From assembly GCA_038087875.1 (NCBI GenBank), contig CM075991.1, positions 13,828,001-13,892,000 of the forward strand: a stretch of DNA of 64,000 nt. The letters run 5' to 3'. Positions 27,100 through 39,302 of this stretch are shown in pieces. Position numbers and translations under genes: made by a program. A model generated the notes under the pieces. It did not search any database and was not told the DNA's origin. It saw only the letters and a program-made list of their open reading frames with translations. The DNA comes from Malacoraja senta. Lineage: Eukaryota. How positions within the stretch are numbered: the stretch's first letter is position 1; the number at the start of each line of letters is the position of its first letter.

Positions 27100-27479
27100 G
27101 CCAGAGACCCGGGTTCAATCCTGACTGTACGGAGTTTGTACGTTCTCCCCGTGGCCTGCGTGGGCTTTCTCCGGGATCTCCGGTTTCCTCCCACACTCAA
27201 AAGACGTGCAGATTTGTAGGTTAATTGGCTTGGTATAATTATTAATTGTCCCTAGTGTGTGTAGGATAGTGTTGGTGTGCGGGGACTGCTGGTCAGGGTG
27301 GACTGGGTGGGCCGAAGGGCCTATTTCCACATTGCACCTCTACTCTAAACCAACCCCAAATGTCTCTGGAGCACCAGGATGAAATGAATGTAGTCACAGC
27401 AAGAGTGATCAAATTCCAGAGTCAGGATCGAACCTGACATCAGGATTGATGTAGATTGGTGTAGATGTCGGGATAGTAC

Positions 27480-27990
27480 AGGACCTCGGTGAGACCGCAT
27501 TTGGAGTATTGTGTTCAGCTTTGGTCACCCTGCTCTAAGGATGTTGATAAGTTGGAAATTGTGCCGAGAAGATTTTGAAGGAGAGGTCGTGCAGGCTCGG
27601 ACTTTACTCCTTGGAGCACAGGAGGATGAGGGCTGATCTTATAGAGGTGTATAAGATTATGAGGGGAATAGATAGGGCGAACGCACAGAGGAGGGGCATC
27701 AAGAACCATATGACATAGGTTTAAGGTGAAAGGGGAAAGGTTTAATAGGAATCTAAAGGGCAACTTTGTTGCACACAGGGTGGTGGGTGTACGGAACGAG
27801 CTACCAGAGGAGGTGTTTGAGACGGGTGCTATAACGACATTTAAAATACAGTGGGCAGGTATATGGATAAGAAAGGTTTAGAGGGCTACGGGGCAAATGT
27901 GACTGTGGGCCTAGTGTAGATGGGGCATCTTGGTCGGCATGGGCAAGTTGGGCCGAAGGGCCTACTTCTGTGCTGTATGACTATGACTTT
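27480..27990 (+). mobile_element. CR1 LINE 3' fragment (subfamily with (tatgac)n tail)
   Basis: Degenerate [14 protein letters not shown] coding; ggcaagttgggccgaagggcc 3' motif. Related copies at ~38045-38800 (-) and ~41820-42280 (-). Confidence 0.8.
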
Positions 27991-28517
27991 CTAACCTGCA
28001 TTCCTGGAGCAATGGGACATCTACTAGCAACATTACTGTGCCATCCTGTACGATGTACGTCCTGAGTTTGAATGAGATCACATTGTCACTGGTAACTTCA
28101 GTATAACCGTTTAGAAACAGCAGTATGTACATTGTATAGTATTTCATGAAATTGGTTGCGTTGCTGCTTGTACAGTGAGCTGATACACACTGCTCGCATC
28201 TTGTAATCATGCAATTTGCATTATTTAGACTCATACTGGAACAAACTACACTAATATACTGTAGCCGAACATACACAATATTACACAATATAGGGCGGCA
28301 CGATGGCGCAGCGGTAGAGTTGCTGCCTTACAGCGCCAGAGACTCGGGTTCAATCCCGCGCTGTCTGTATGGAGTTTGCACGTTCTCCCCGTGACCTGCG
28401 TGCGTTTTCTCCGAGATCTTTGGTTTCCTCCCACACTCCAAAGATGAACAATTTGTAGGTTGGTTGATGGCTTGGTGTAAATGTAAAATTGTCCCGAGTG
28501 TGTGTTGGATAGTGTAA

Positions 28518-28892
28518 AGGGCCTGTCCCACGGGCATGCGCCTCCATGCAGCAAGCTCGACCTAACGTGGTCGCTTGAGCCGTACGGCCTCGCGGGGCCA
28601 GTCCCACTTCCATCGCCGGAGACGTATGGAGTTGTGCGGAGCTGGTCCCGACATCGCGCGGGGCTCCGAAAAACTGACCGTGTTCAAAAATTCCGCGCGG
28701 CAACAGCCTGCCGGCCCGACGCCGTACGCACCGCCTCGACGCCGTACGCACCGCCTCGACGCCATACGCCGCGTCTTGAGGCCATACATCACGCGCGAAC
28801 TTTCCGCTTCACTCACTCGACCTCCGCGCGGCCCCCGCTTCCAGTTTGGTCGCGCTTGCTGCATGGAGTCGCATGCCCGTGGGACTGGCCCT
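28518..28892. mobile_element. PIF/Harbinger-type MITE inserted in a SINE
   Basis: TIR AGGGCCTGTCCCACGGGCATGCG...CGCATGCCCGTGGGACTGGCCCT; TAA/TTA flanks; internal 20-bp tandem gacgccgtacgcaccgcctc. Confidence 0.82.
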
Positions 28893-30153
28893 TTAGTGTG
28901 CGGGGATCGCTGGTCGGTGCGGGTCCGATGGGCCGAAGGGCCTGTTTCCCCACTGTAACTAAACTAAACACAAACACAGGTACTGGAACCATGAAAGACC
29001 ATTGAATGAAGGAGGGTAAAGCAATATTGGACGGTTTAGTTTAATTTAGAGATACAGCATGGAAACAGGCCCTTCGGCCCACGGAGTCCATGCTGATCAC
29101 CAATCATCCCTTCACACTAGTTCCATGTTATCTCACTTTTGCACTCTGCATTTTAGAGGCAATTTTACAGAGGGCCAATTAACCTACAAACCCACTTGTC
29201 TTTGGAATATGGGAGGAGACTGGAGCACCTGAAGAAACCCACGCGGTCACAGGGAGAACGTGCAAATCCACACAGACAGCACCCAAGGTCAGGATCAAAC
29301 CTGGGTCTCTGGCGATGTGAGGCAGCAGCTCTACCAGCTGCACCACCGTGTTAGATCGAAACATAACAGGAAACTGTTGCAGTGAAAGATGATTCTTTTT
29401 CAGTCTGGAGGAAGTGTACATTTAAGTTCCCTAGAGATAGGGTCAAGGGTCACTGCCTTCCCTAATGTGAATTGGTCTTGAACTTGGCTGCGGATGTTCA
29501 AATCTGCAGGTGACACAGAACTGAGAGATTCAGTGAACTATGAAGGGGAGTTATAGACTTTAAACAAGGAACTGCAGATGCTGGTTTACACCAAAGATAG
29601 ATAGTCTTGCTTTCCTTTGAATGAAGATGGAATGAGTGAGGAGGGGGGGTGGGTTATCACCTGGCTCACAGCCAACAATGTACCATTGTGGGCTCATCCT
29701 TTCCTTGATCATCTTTCCTTGATTGCGTTAGATATAGCTCTTAGGGCTAACGGAATTAAGGGGTATGGGGGGAAAGCAGGAATGGGGTACTGATTTTGGA
29801 TGATCAGCCATGATCATATTGAATGGCTCGAAGGGCCGAATGGCCTACTCCTGCACCTATTTTCTATATTCTTATGCTTCTATGTCTCTATCATCGTTAC
29901 TTTTTTGCATATCTTTCATTCATTCGTTCTATATCTCTCTCTATCACTGTCTATATCTTTCTCTTCCCTTCCCCTGACTCTCAGTCTGAAGACGGAGTTG
30001 GACCCGAAACATCACCCATTCCTTCTCTCCAGAGATGCTGCCTGACCCACTGAATTACTCCGGCTTTTTGTGTCTCTCCTCACTTTTCCTTACTTTAATC
30101 TCTGGGATCTTGCACATCAGTCATCAAATAGTTGGTCAGATATGTGTTCGTTA

Positions 30154-30488
30154 AGGGCCTGTCCCACTTACGTGACTTTTTTTTGGCGACGGCCAGCACC
30201 CGTCATAGGTCGCAGAAAATTTCAACAGGTTGAAAATTCAGCAGAGACCAGAAAGACGCTACGACTCTTTGGGCGACTGAGGAGACTACTCACGACCATA
30301 CAGGCGACACCCTGGCAACATGTCGCGGGGGTGAAGCCTGTATGGTCGTGAGTAGTCGCCCAAAGAGTCGTACCTTGTTCTGGTCGCCGCTTGGATTTTC
30401 AACGTGTTGCAAATTTTCGGAGACCTGTAACGACCTATGACGGGTGCCGGCAGTCGCCAGAAAACGTTGCGTAAGTGGGACAGGCCCT
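30154..30488. mobile_element. PIF/Harbinger-type MITE
   Basis: TIR AGGGCCTGTCCCACTTACG...CGTAAGTGGGACAGGCCCT, flanked by a TTA duplication. Confidence 0.85.
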
Positions 30489-31425
30489 TTAAGGTTCCAC
30501 AATGTTTGCAGATAAAACTGTAGTGAACAGCGCGCCCGTGGGAAAGACTTGGTCCTTGGCTGTACACACAAAATGCACAATGTGATAAGTTTTGGTTCAC
30601 ATTTAGGTTTATTATTGTCATGCTTATCAAGATACAGTGGAAAAAGGTTGTTCTGCATGCTATCCGGACAGTGCAATACATAATCAGATGTGCTATACAT
30701 AAATACATTCAAGTCAATCTCAAATACAACAGGTAGAGCAAAGGGGAAGATACAGAGTGCAGAATATAGTTCTCAGCATTGTAGCACACCAGTTCCAGAG
30801 ACAAAGTCCAATGTCCGCAATGGGGTAGAGGTGAATCGGACAGCAGCCTAGCTTATGGAAGGACCATTCAGAAGCCTGATAACAGAGGGGAAGAAGCTGT
30901 TCCTGAGTCTGGTGATGCGGGCTTCCAAGCCAATGTACGTTCTGCCGGACGGGAGCAGGGAGAAGAAGGAATGACGGGGGTGGGACATCTGTGATTATGC
31001 TGGCCGCTTTTCCATGGCAGCGTGAAGTGTAGGTGGAGACAGGGGGGGGGGGGAGTCTGGTGGAGCTTGCATTGTGAACTGTGCTTCTGGAAAATGGATT
31101 CTATTGATGGGACCAAATCTCAGAAATGGAGCACAGTGCTCAGTTGCAGGTGCGTACAAGCAAGGATTCCCACTTACAATCTGTTGAAGGTGTATTTGAG
31201 AACTTTCTTTAGTAGCTACGCATTTCCCCACAGAGCAGTAACGGTTGCGTACAAGATCTTGCCCGGCAGATGTGAAGAGTGGCTTCAAACTCCGCTGTTT
31301 ACCTACCATGGTTACGGGTGTCAGGGGTTACGGGGGGGAAGGCTGGAGAATGGGTGTTGAGAGAGGAAGATAGATCATCCATGATTGAATGGCGGAGTAG
31401 ACTTGATGGGCCGATTCTGTTCCTA

Positions 31426-31646
31426 TCACTTCTGAACTCGGCAGAGGAAGCAGCGTGCAAGGAAAGCACTGAAGAGCAGCTGGGTGCTGTGGGAGACTAG
31501 AGTGCCTCTGTTCCCAATGCTGGCACTGCTGCCATGAGCCGACCCATTGCACTCATCTGTGAAGCAGCAATTCATCTTCACTGCCCCGGTGGCTAGCTGG
31601 GAATGGTCGCAGAAGGCCTTGTAGGAACAGGACTTGATCACACTGT
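31426..31646 (-). CDS. Ly6/uPAR-family gene, exon 3 (C-terminal half of LU domain plus GPI-signal-like tail)
   Basis: actcag|AC AGT...TGA, phase 1. Encodes (N)SVIKSCSYKAFCDHSQLATGAVKMNCCFTDECNGSAHGSSASIGNRGTLVSHSTQLLFSAFLARCFLCRVQK*. CCxxDxCN motif; 10 Cys across the LU domain. Confidence 0.92.
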
Positions 31647-33094
31647 CTGAGTACAAAGCACACACAAACACACACATAAGGATCTTATAGAAACATATAC
31701 AATTCTTAAGGGATTGGACAGGCTAGATGCAGGAAAAATGTTCCCCATGTTGGGGCAGTTCAGAACCAGGGGTCACAGTTTAAGAATAAGAATAGGCCAT
31801 TTAGGATTGAGATGAGGAAAAACGTTTTCACCCAGAGAGTTGTGAATCTGTGGAATTCTCCGCCACGGAAGGCAGTGGAGGCCAATTCACTGGATGCTTT
31901 CAAGAGAGAGTTAGATGAGCTCGGGGGGGGGGGGGGGGGGGTTGCCCCCCCACTACCCCCACATCAGTCTGAAGAAGGGTCTCTACCCAAAACGTCACCT
32001 ATTTCTTCGTTCCATAGATGCTGCCTCACCTGCTGAGTTTCTCCAGCATTTTTGTCTACCTTCGATTTTTCCAGCATCTGCAGTTCCTTCTTAAACATTC
32101 TACATTTCCTTGATCATCGTCTGCTTTGATCTGCCATTTTCTCACCTCATCCTTCCATATCCCTAGTCTCCCCCTCCCCTGACCCTCAGTCTGAAGAAGG
32201 GTCTTGACCCAAAACATCACCCATTCCTTCTCTCCAGAGATGCTGCCTGTCCATATTCTCCAGAGATGCTGCCTGAGTGACTCCGGCACTTTGCATCTTT
32301 CTTTTAAACTAAGCTATTCCCCCTTTGTTCCTCTGTAAAGGAAAATAAGTTCAAGTCAAGTCAAGTTTATTGCCAAATTCACAAGTATCGTGAGGTAGAG
32401 GTACAATGAAGATCTTGCTTGCAGCCACATAGACTCAGACACAGATCTTGCTCACATAGATCTTGCTGACGGAACACATAGACTCAGACAATACACACAA
32501 AAATGTGGGTGAAATGGGGAAGGAATCCAGAAATCAGTGCAAAGGGACTTGGGAAGATTCCCAAAAAGTTAATCTGCAAGTTGAATCGGTAAAGAAAGCA
32601 AACTCAAGGCTAGCATTTATTTCAAGAGGGCTTGTGTACAAAAACAGGAATGTAATGCTGAGGCTCTATTTGGAATATTGTGAGCAATTTTGGGCCCCAT
32701 ATCTGAGGAAGGATGTGCTGGCTCTGGAAAGGGTCCAGAGGAGGTTTACAAGAATGATCCCAGGAATAAGCGGGTTAACATATGATGAGCGTTTGATGGC
32801 ACTGGGCCTGTACTCGCTGGAGTTTAAAAGAATGAGGGGGGACCTCATTGAAACTTACTGAATAGTGAAAGGCCTGGAATAGAGTGGATGTGGAGGGGAT
32901 GTTTCCAGTAAAATCACTCTGTAGATGAGCACAATCATAGATGGGGACAAAAGTGCTGCATTCTGTTGCTGCTGATCGGGAGTCAGGACCTTGCTGTGCG
33001 CAGCTCCCCAGGTAAACAAGCGGGGAAACGCAGCGCAGTGCGGTGGCTGTGACGGACAATGGCGGCCCTCTGTTCCCAACCCTGTTGCACTTAC

Positions 33095-33208
33095 TTGGAG
33101 CTGTGATTGTGGAGCAGCCATCCGCAAACTGTGGGCAGAGCAGGGATCCCTGTTTGTTACAATCCTCCTCGTTCGATGCCACACACGTGTAGCATTTCAG
33201 GGCCTCGC
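33095..33208 (-). CDS. Ly6/uPAR-family gene, exon 2 (N-terminal half of LU domain)
   Basis: catgcag|GC GAG...CCA A|gtaagt, 114 nt, phase 1/1. Encodes (G)EALKCYTCVASNEEDCNKQGSLLCPQFADGCSTITAP, with the LxCxxC start and 5 Cys. Confidence 0.93.
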
Positions 33209-34051
33209 CTGCATGCAACAAGAGGGGAGGCAAGCAGAAAACACAGAGGAACAGTTGTGTAAGAAGGAACTGCAGGTGCTGGTTGAAACTGAAGATAGAC
33301 ACAAAATGCTGGAGTAACAGGCAGCGTCTCTGGAGAGAAGGAATGGGTGACGTATTGGGTCGAGACCCTGGTTTAAACCGAAAATAGACACACACACATA
33401 GAAGGGTCTCGACTCAAACGTCACCCATTCCTTCTCTCCAGAGATGCTGCCTGACCTGCTGAGTTACTCCAGCGTTTTGTGTCTACTGAGGAACAGTTGG
33501 CAGATTGGTGTATTAGTGCCAGGTGAACCGAGATTCAGTGTAAAGCTGTGTAGGAAGGAACTTCAGCTGCTGGTGTAAACCGAGGATAGAGACACAATCA
33601 TTGAAGGGTCTCGACCCCAAACGCCACACATTCCTTCTCTCCAGAGACGCTAACTGACCCGCTGAGATTTTGATTGCATGCTATCCAGTCAAATCACGCC
33701 ATACAAGAAAGGACACCAAGTGCTGGAGTAACTCTGCAGAACATGGATAGCTGATGTTTCAGTCTTCTTCAGTCTGAATGGTGCCGACCTGAAATGTCAC
33801 CTATCCATGTTCTCCAGAGACGCTGCCTGACCGGCTGAATTACTCCAGCAGTTTGTGTCCTTTTGTGCATCTGCAGTTCTTTGGTTTCAACTGTTTAAAA
33901 ACCACATCCTGCACTGTTTTGTTTCTCTTGTTGCCCTGCCTGATCTACTGGAGCTTGCTATGATATGCATGGCTGGTACGCCAAGCAAAATATCTCATTG
34001 TGTCTTAGATACAGTAATAAACCAATGCACTTGTTATCACTACGCCATGGC

Positions 34052-34350
34052 ACCACGGTGGCGCAGCGGTAGAGTTGCTGCCTTGCAGCGCCGGAGGCCC
34101 CGGTTCGATCCCGACCACGGGTGCTTGTCCGTACGGAGTTTGTACGTTCTCCCCGTGACCTGCGTGGGTTTTCTCCGAGATCTTCGGTTTCCTCCCACAC
34201 TCCAAAGCCGTGCAGGTTTGTAGGTTATTTGGCTTGGTGTATGTGTAAAATTGTCCCTATTGGGTGTACGGTAGTGTTAATGTGCGGGGATTGCTGGTCG
34301 GTGCGGACTTGGTGGGCAGAAGGGCCTGTTTCCGCGCTGTTCCACTAAAT
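34052..34350 (+). mobile_element. tRNA-derived V-SINE (HE1-like), representative full copy
   Basis: A box TGGCGCAGCGG, B box GGTTCGATCCC, V-domain gagtttgtacgttctccccgtg..tttcctcccaca, CR1-like tail. Other copies at ~6975-7240(-), 8405-8690, 11640-11945(-), 16040-16340, 18205-18452(-), 24280-24550(-), 25278-25570, 26510-26790(-), 28296-28965, 29035-29350(-), 37436-37685, 45855-46300, 59580-59875(-), 60325-60625, 63535-63830(-). Confidence 0.9.
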
Positions 34351-35566
34351 TAAAAAAACGAAACCATGTGCTTAGGTTAGAACATAGAATAGATGGTAAA
34401 TGCCCACATCTTCAGGTCACTGGCCTGGTGGTAGTCACAATGTACAGAGACACAGGCTACACAAGGCAGCTCTTGTAAACCTCTGGGCCTTCTTCGTCTG
34501 CGTTCCTTCTCTACTTAACACATAGAAAATGGGTGCAGGAGGAGGCCATTTGGCCCTTCAAGCCAGCACCGCCATTCATTGTGATCATGGCTGATCATCC
34601 ACAATCAATAACCCGTGCCTGCCTTCTCCCCGTATCCCTTGATTCCGCTAGCCCCCAGAGCTCTATCTAACTCTTTTTAAAATTCATCTAGTGAATTGGC
34701 CTCCACTACCCTCTGTGGCAGAGAAAAGTTATTTTCTCATCTCAGTTTTAAATGGCCTCCCTATTTATTTTTTAGACTGTGCCCCCTGGTTCTGGACTCC
34801 CCCAACATTGGGAACATTCTTCCTGCATCTAGCTTGTCCAGTCCTTTTATAATTTGATGTTTGTATATATTTTATACTTTTATGTGTTTTATGCTCGTCA
34901 TGGACCAGAGTACGTTCTCCCTGTGACCGTGTGGTGTTTCTTGTACAGGTTCATAGGGTAAATGGCTTCTGTGAAGTGTAAATGATCCCTAGTGTGTAGA
35001 ATAGTGTGAGGGTTCATTGGTCGGCGCGGACTCGGTGTGCCAGAGGAACTGTTTCCACGCTGTGTCCCTAGAGGCCAAAGTCTAATGAAAGTGAAAGAGG
35101 TGGTATACAATTACAATATTTAAAAGCTATGTGGACAGCTTCATTGATAGGAACTGTTGGAATACAGATCATAGTACAGTGCATCACAGGAACTAGGCCT
35201 GAGGCCTACAATACATGCGGCAAACATGATACCAAGACCAAGTTTAGAAGGATGAGGGGTGGACCTCGTTTAAACCGCCTGCGGCCTACGTCATCTTGAA
35301 GCCGCGGCCTCCGGTAGGGAAGCACTGATTCGGGACTTACCTTGCCTGTACATCTGGCCGCCCGCAGCGGTGACTGCGGAGGTTTATGGTCCTGACCACG
35401 GGGAAAAATGGAGGAGGACTGACTAAACTTTGTGCCTTCCACCACAGTGATGAATGCTGTGGTGGATGTTTGTGTTAATTGTGTATTGTGTATTGTGTGT
35501 TCTTTTTTATTGTACCGCTGCTGGCAAATTCATTTCACTGCACTTCAGTGTGTATGTGACGAATAA

Positions 35567-36303
35567 ATAATAATAATAATAATAATATCTTTTATTGTCA
35601 TTGCACAGAGATACAACGAGATTTGCTGCGCAGCTTCCACCCGATGTAATAACTCAATTAGCTAAAAATTTAGACGCCCAGAAAAACAAGATTAAATTTT
35701 ATTTTTTATTTTTTAAAGTAGTATAAAGTGCAAATATGTCAGTGCCGGGTCGATGTGCGACGTGACCATCCGAGGGAGACAGTCCATGGGGGGTGGGGGG
35801 CACTCAGCAGGGCCGGTTCAGAGCAGCTATAGCTCTGGGGATGAAGCTGTTCCTAAGTCTGGAGGTGCGGGCGTAGAAGGCCTTGTAACGTCTGCCGGAA
35901 GGTAGAAGTTCAAACAGACTATTGCAAGGGTGTGAGAAGTCTTTATGAATGCCGATGGCCTTCCTGAGGCACCATGTATAGTAGATGCCCTCCAAGGCTG
36001 GTAGCTGTGTCCCAATTATCTTCTGCGCTCTGTGGACGACCCGCTGAAGAGCTCTCCTCTCCGCCTCCGTGCAGCTGAGATACCACACAGTGATGCCATA
36101 CGTTAGAATGCTCTCTGTGGTGCAGCGGTAGAACGTTGTCAGCAGCTGTTGGGGCAGACCAGTCTTTTTCAGTGTTCTCAGGAAGAACAGTCGTTGCTGT
36201 GCCTTCTTGACCAGCGCAGCGGTGTTGGTGGACCATGTGAGGTCCTTTGAGATGTGTGTGCCCAGAAACATGAAGCTGGACACTCTCTCCACACTGTCCC
36301 CGT
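35567..36303 (-). mobile_element. Rex1/Babar-like LINE 3' fragment
   Basis: ORF 35804-36292 FLGTHIS.DLTWS.N..ALVKKAQQRLFFLR.L..FYRC.TESILT..ITVWY..LPSGRRY, the RT C-terminal region of this clade; (TAT)n tail. Confidence 0.85.
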
Positions 36304-38576
36304 GATCTGACTATTGACTGACTATTGACTATTTACTATTCCTAAACTTACCGAGTAGTGAAAGGCCTGGATAGAGTGGATGTGGAGAGGATGTTTCCAC
36401 TAGTGGGAGAGTCTAGGATCAGAGGCCCAGCCTCAGAATAATAGGACGTACCTTTAGAAAGGAAATGAGGGGGAATTCCTTTAGTCAGAGGGTGGTGAAA
36501 CTGTGGTGAACATTGCCACAGGAGGACAAGTCGGCGGAGATTGATAGATTCTGGATTAGTATGGGTGTCTCTGGAGAGAAGAAATGGGTGACGTTTCGGG
36601 TCGAGACCCTTCTTCCTACCCGAAACGTCACCCATTCCTTCTCCCCAGAGATGCTGCCTGTCTCGTTGAGTTACTCCAGCATTTTGTGTCTATCTTTGGT
36701 TTAAACCAGCATCTGCAGTTCCTTCCTTCACTAACTGGAAGATGCATACAAACACCTTGGTAGAATTAAATGCATAATTTAGTTTAGTTTAGATGCAGCA
36801 TGGAATCAGGCCCTTCAGCCTATCGAGTCCATGCCGACAATCAATCACCCATTCACACTAGTTGTATGTTATCCCACTTTGTCATCCACTTTGTCTACAC
36901 ACTCAGGGCAATTTATGTAGACAAATTAACCTATAATTTCATTAGTACGGGCATCAGGGGTTATGGGGAGAAGGCAGGAGAATGGGGTTAAGGGGGAAAG
37001 ATTGATCAGCCATGATTGAATGGTAGAGTTGACTCAATGGGCTGAATGGCCCATTTCTGCTCCTATAACTTATCAACTTATGAACTCCAAACCAGCATGT
37101 CTTTGGGATGTGGGAGGAAACCGGGGGTCCCGGAGGAAGCCCACGGGATCGCAGGGAGAACATGCAAACTCCACGCAGACAGCATCTGAGGCCAGGATCG
37201 AAGCTGGGACTCTGGTGCTGTGAGGCAGCAGTTCTACCCACTGCACCATCTTGTGAACAAATAATTTACTAACGTAGACTATCCTTGGGGTTTGGAGGGA
37301 GAGATAGATCAACCATGATTGAATGGTGGAGTAGACTAAATGGGCTGAATGACCTAATTCTGCTCCTATTTCTTCTGGTCCTTGATTATGTCTGACGCAT
37401 CCAATGTTTCCATAGCAAACAGAATTATTGCCGGGCGGCAAACAGTGGCGCAGCGGTAGAATCGCTGCCTTACAGCGCCAGAGACCGGGTTCGATCCTGA
37501 CGCCACTGGGATTTCTCTGAGATCTTCGGTTTCCTCCCACACTCCAAAGACGTGCAGGTTTGTAGGTTAATTGGCTTGGAATAAACGTAAATTGTCCCCT
37601 AGTGTGTGTACGGTAGTGTTAGTGTTAGCTGGTCGATGCGGACTCAATGGACCGAAGGGCCTATTTCCGCTGTATCTCTAAACTATAAATCTACAAACTA
37701 TTAAAATCTACTCACTTCACACAGAAATCTACTGAACATTCACTTTCATGATTGAAGGTCATCATCACAGATATTTTCTTTAATGTACAAGTCAACGATG
37801 CCCATAATTAATTTCACTCCTCTTTTGATGTGGGTCTTTCATTCCAATGAGAACATTTCAAAAGCCTGGTGGCTTTCGAAGGTGAAAGCTTTTTGTGAGT
37901 GTTTATTGCAAGACGACTTGTGCTCTTGCAAGTTTGCACGGAGCACATTTCACATCCAACCATCTTGTTTAAAAAGCTCATTTTAAAATGCACATTAGTG
38001 TTCTGTTCTAGAGCATTGCCACTGATCGTCACTTGAGTCAATGATATAGAGTCATAGAGTGATACAGCGTGGAAACAGCCCCTTCGGCCCAACTTGCCCA
38101 CACCGTCCAACATGTCCCAGCTACATTAGTCCCATCTGCCCGCGTTTGGCCCATATCCCTCCAAACCTGTCCCATCCATGTACATGTCTAACTGCTTCTT
38201 AAATGTTGGGATAGTCCCAGCCTCAACTGGCAGCTTGTTCCATACACCCACCACCCTTTGTGTGAAAAGGTTACCCCTCAGATTCCTATTAAATCTTTTC
38301 CCCTTCACCGTAAACCTATGTCCTCGATTCATCTACTCTGGGCAAGAGACTCTGTCCATCTACCCGATCTATTCCTCTCATGATTTTGTACACCTCTATA
38401 AGGTCACCCCTCATCCTCCTGCACTCCAAGGAATAGAGACCCAGCCTACTAAACCTTTCCCTATAGCTCACACCCTCTAGTCCTGGCAACATCCTCGTAA
38501 ATCTTCTCTGTACCCTTTCCAGCTTGACAACATCTTTCCTGTAACACGGTGCCCAGAACTGAGCACAATACTGTAA

Positions 38577-38675
38577 TAGGGTCTGAAGAAGGGTTTCGGC
38601 CCGAAACGTTGCCTATTTCCTTCGCTCCATAGATGCTGCTGCACCCGCTGAGTTTCCCCAGCATTTCTGTCTACC
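38577..38675 (+). mobile_element. 99-bp hammerhead-bearing Penelope-derived insertion with a 13-bp TSD
   Basis: cacaatactgtaa at 38564-38576 and 38676-38688; inserted in a CR1 fragment in Ly6 intron 1. Confidence 0.8.
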
Positions 38676-38907
38676 CACAATACTGTAAATGTAGCTTCAC
38701 CAACGTCTTATACAACTGCAACGTGACCTCCCAATGTCTAAGCTCAATACTCTTGACCGATGAAGGCCAATGTGCCAAATGCCTTTTTGATCACCCTGTC
38801 CATGTGTATCAAGCCTAGCAATGGTGATTACATTGTGTTGTGGATGCAAAGTAGAAATGCACAAGCTGCAGCCAAAACCGGATGGAATAAAGAATCCCTG
38901 TACATAC

Positions 38908-38956
38908 CTTGCACCAGGTAAAGGACTATCACCCCTGTAAACAGGCAGGTCTTCAT
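38908..38956 (-). CDS. Ly6/uPAR-family gene, signal-peptide exon
   Basis: ATG AAG ACC...CAA G|gtatgt, 49 nt, phase 1. Encodes MKTCLFTGVIVLYLVQ(G), a hydrophobic signal peptide; size and phase are typical of Ly6 first coding exons. Confidence 0.85.
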
Positions 38957-39302
38957 TTCTCTCCTTCACTTCTGGCACAGTGGGACTGCTGGCGATGACA
39001 CGAGAGGCAGTTGTTTTGTATTAAGGGCTTATTATTAATCATTATCATCATCGGGTCAATCACCGGATGATAATATGCTTAACGAAAGCTGAACCACAGA
39101 GTGTGACATTGAAGACTCTGCGCAGTTCACGCTGGGTCCGCACCAGACTGCCAGCAGGCACTAAGGCAAAGTAAAATGGGTGAAAATGCGAAATAAATAT
39201 TGAAGGAACTGACTAAAGGAGCTGGATTTAAAATTGAAATACTTTACATACTAGAGATAGGGGAGGAAGAGATTTAGATGGATAAGGATATACAGATATA
39301 TA

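Noticed and set aside
32775..33395. 206-aa ORF as a single-exon gene
   Set aside because: Only 33095-33208 is exonic (Ly6 exon 2); the flanks are intron and repeat sequence.
34052..34120. Functional tRNA genes at SINE heads
   Set aside because: A and B boxes are present but there is no complete cloverleaf, and each continues into the V-SINE body.
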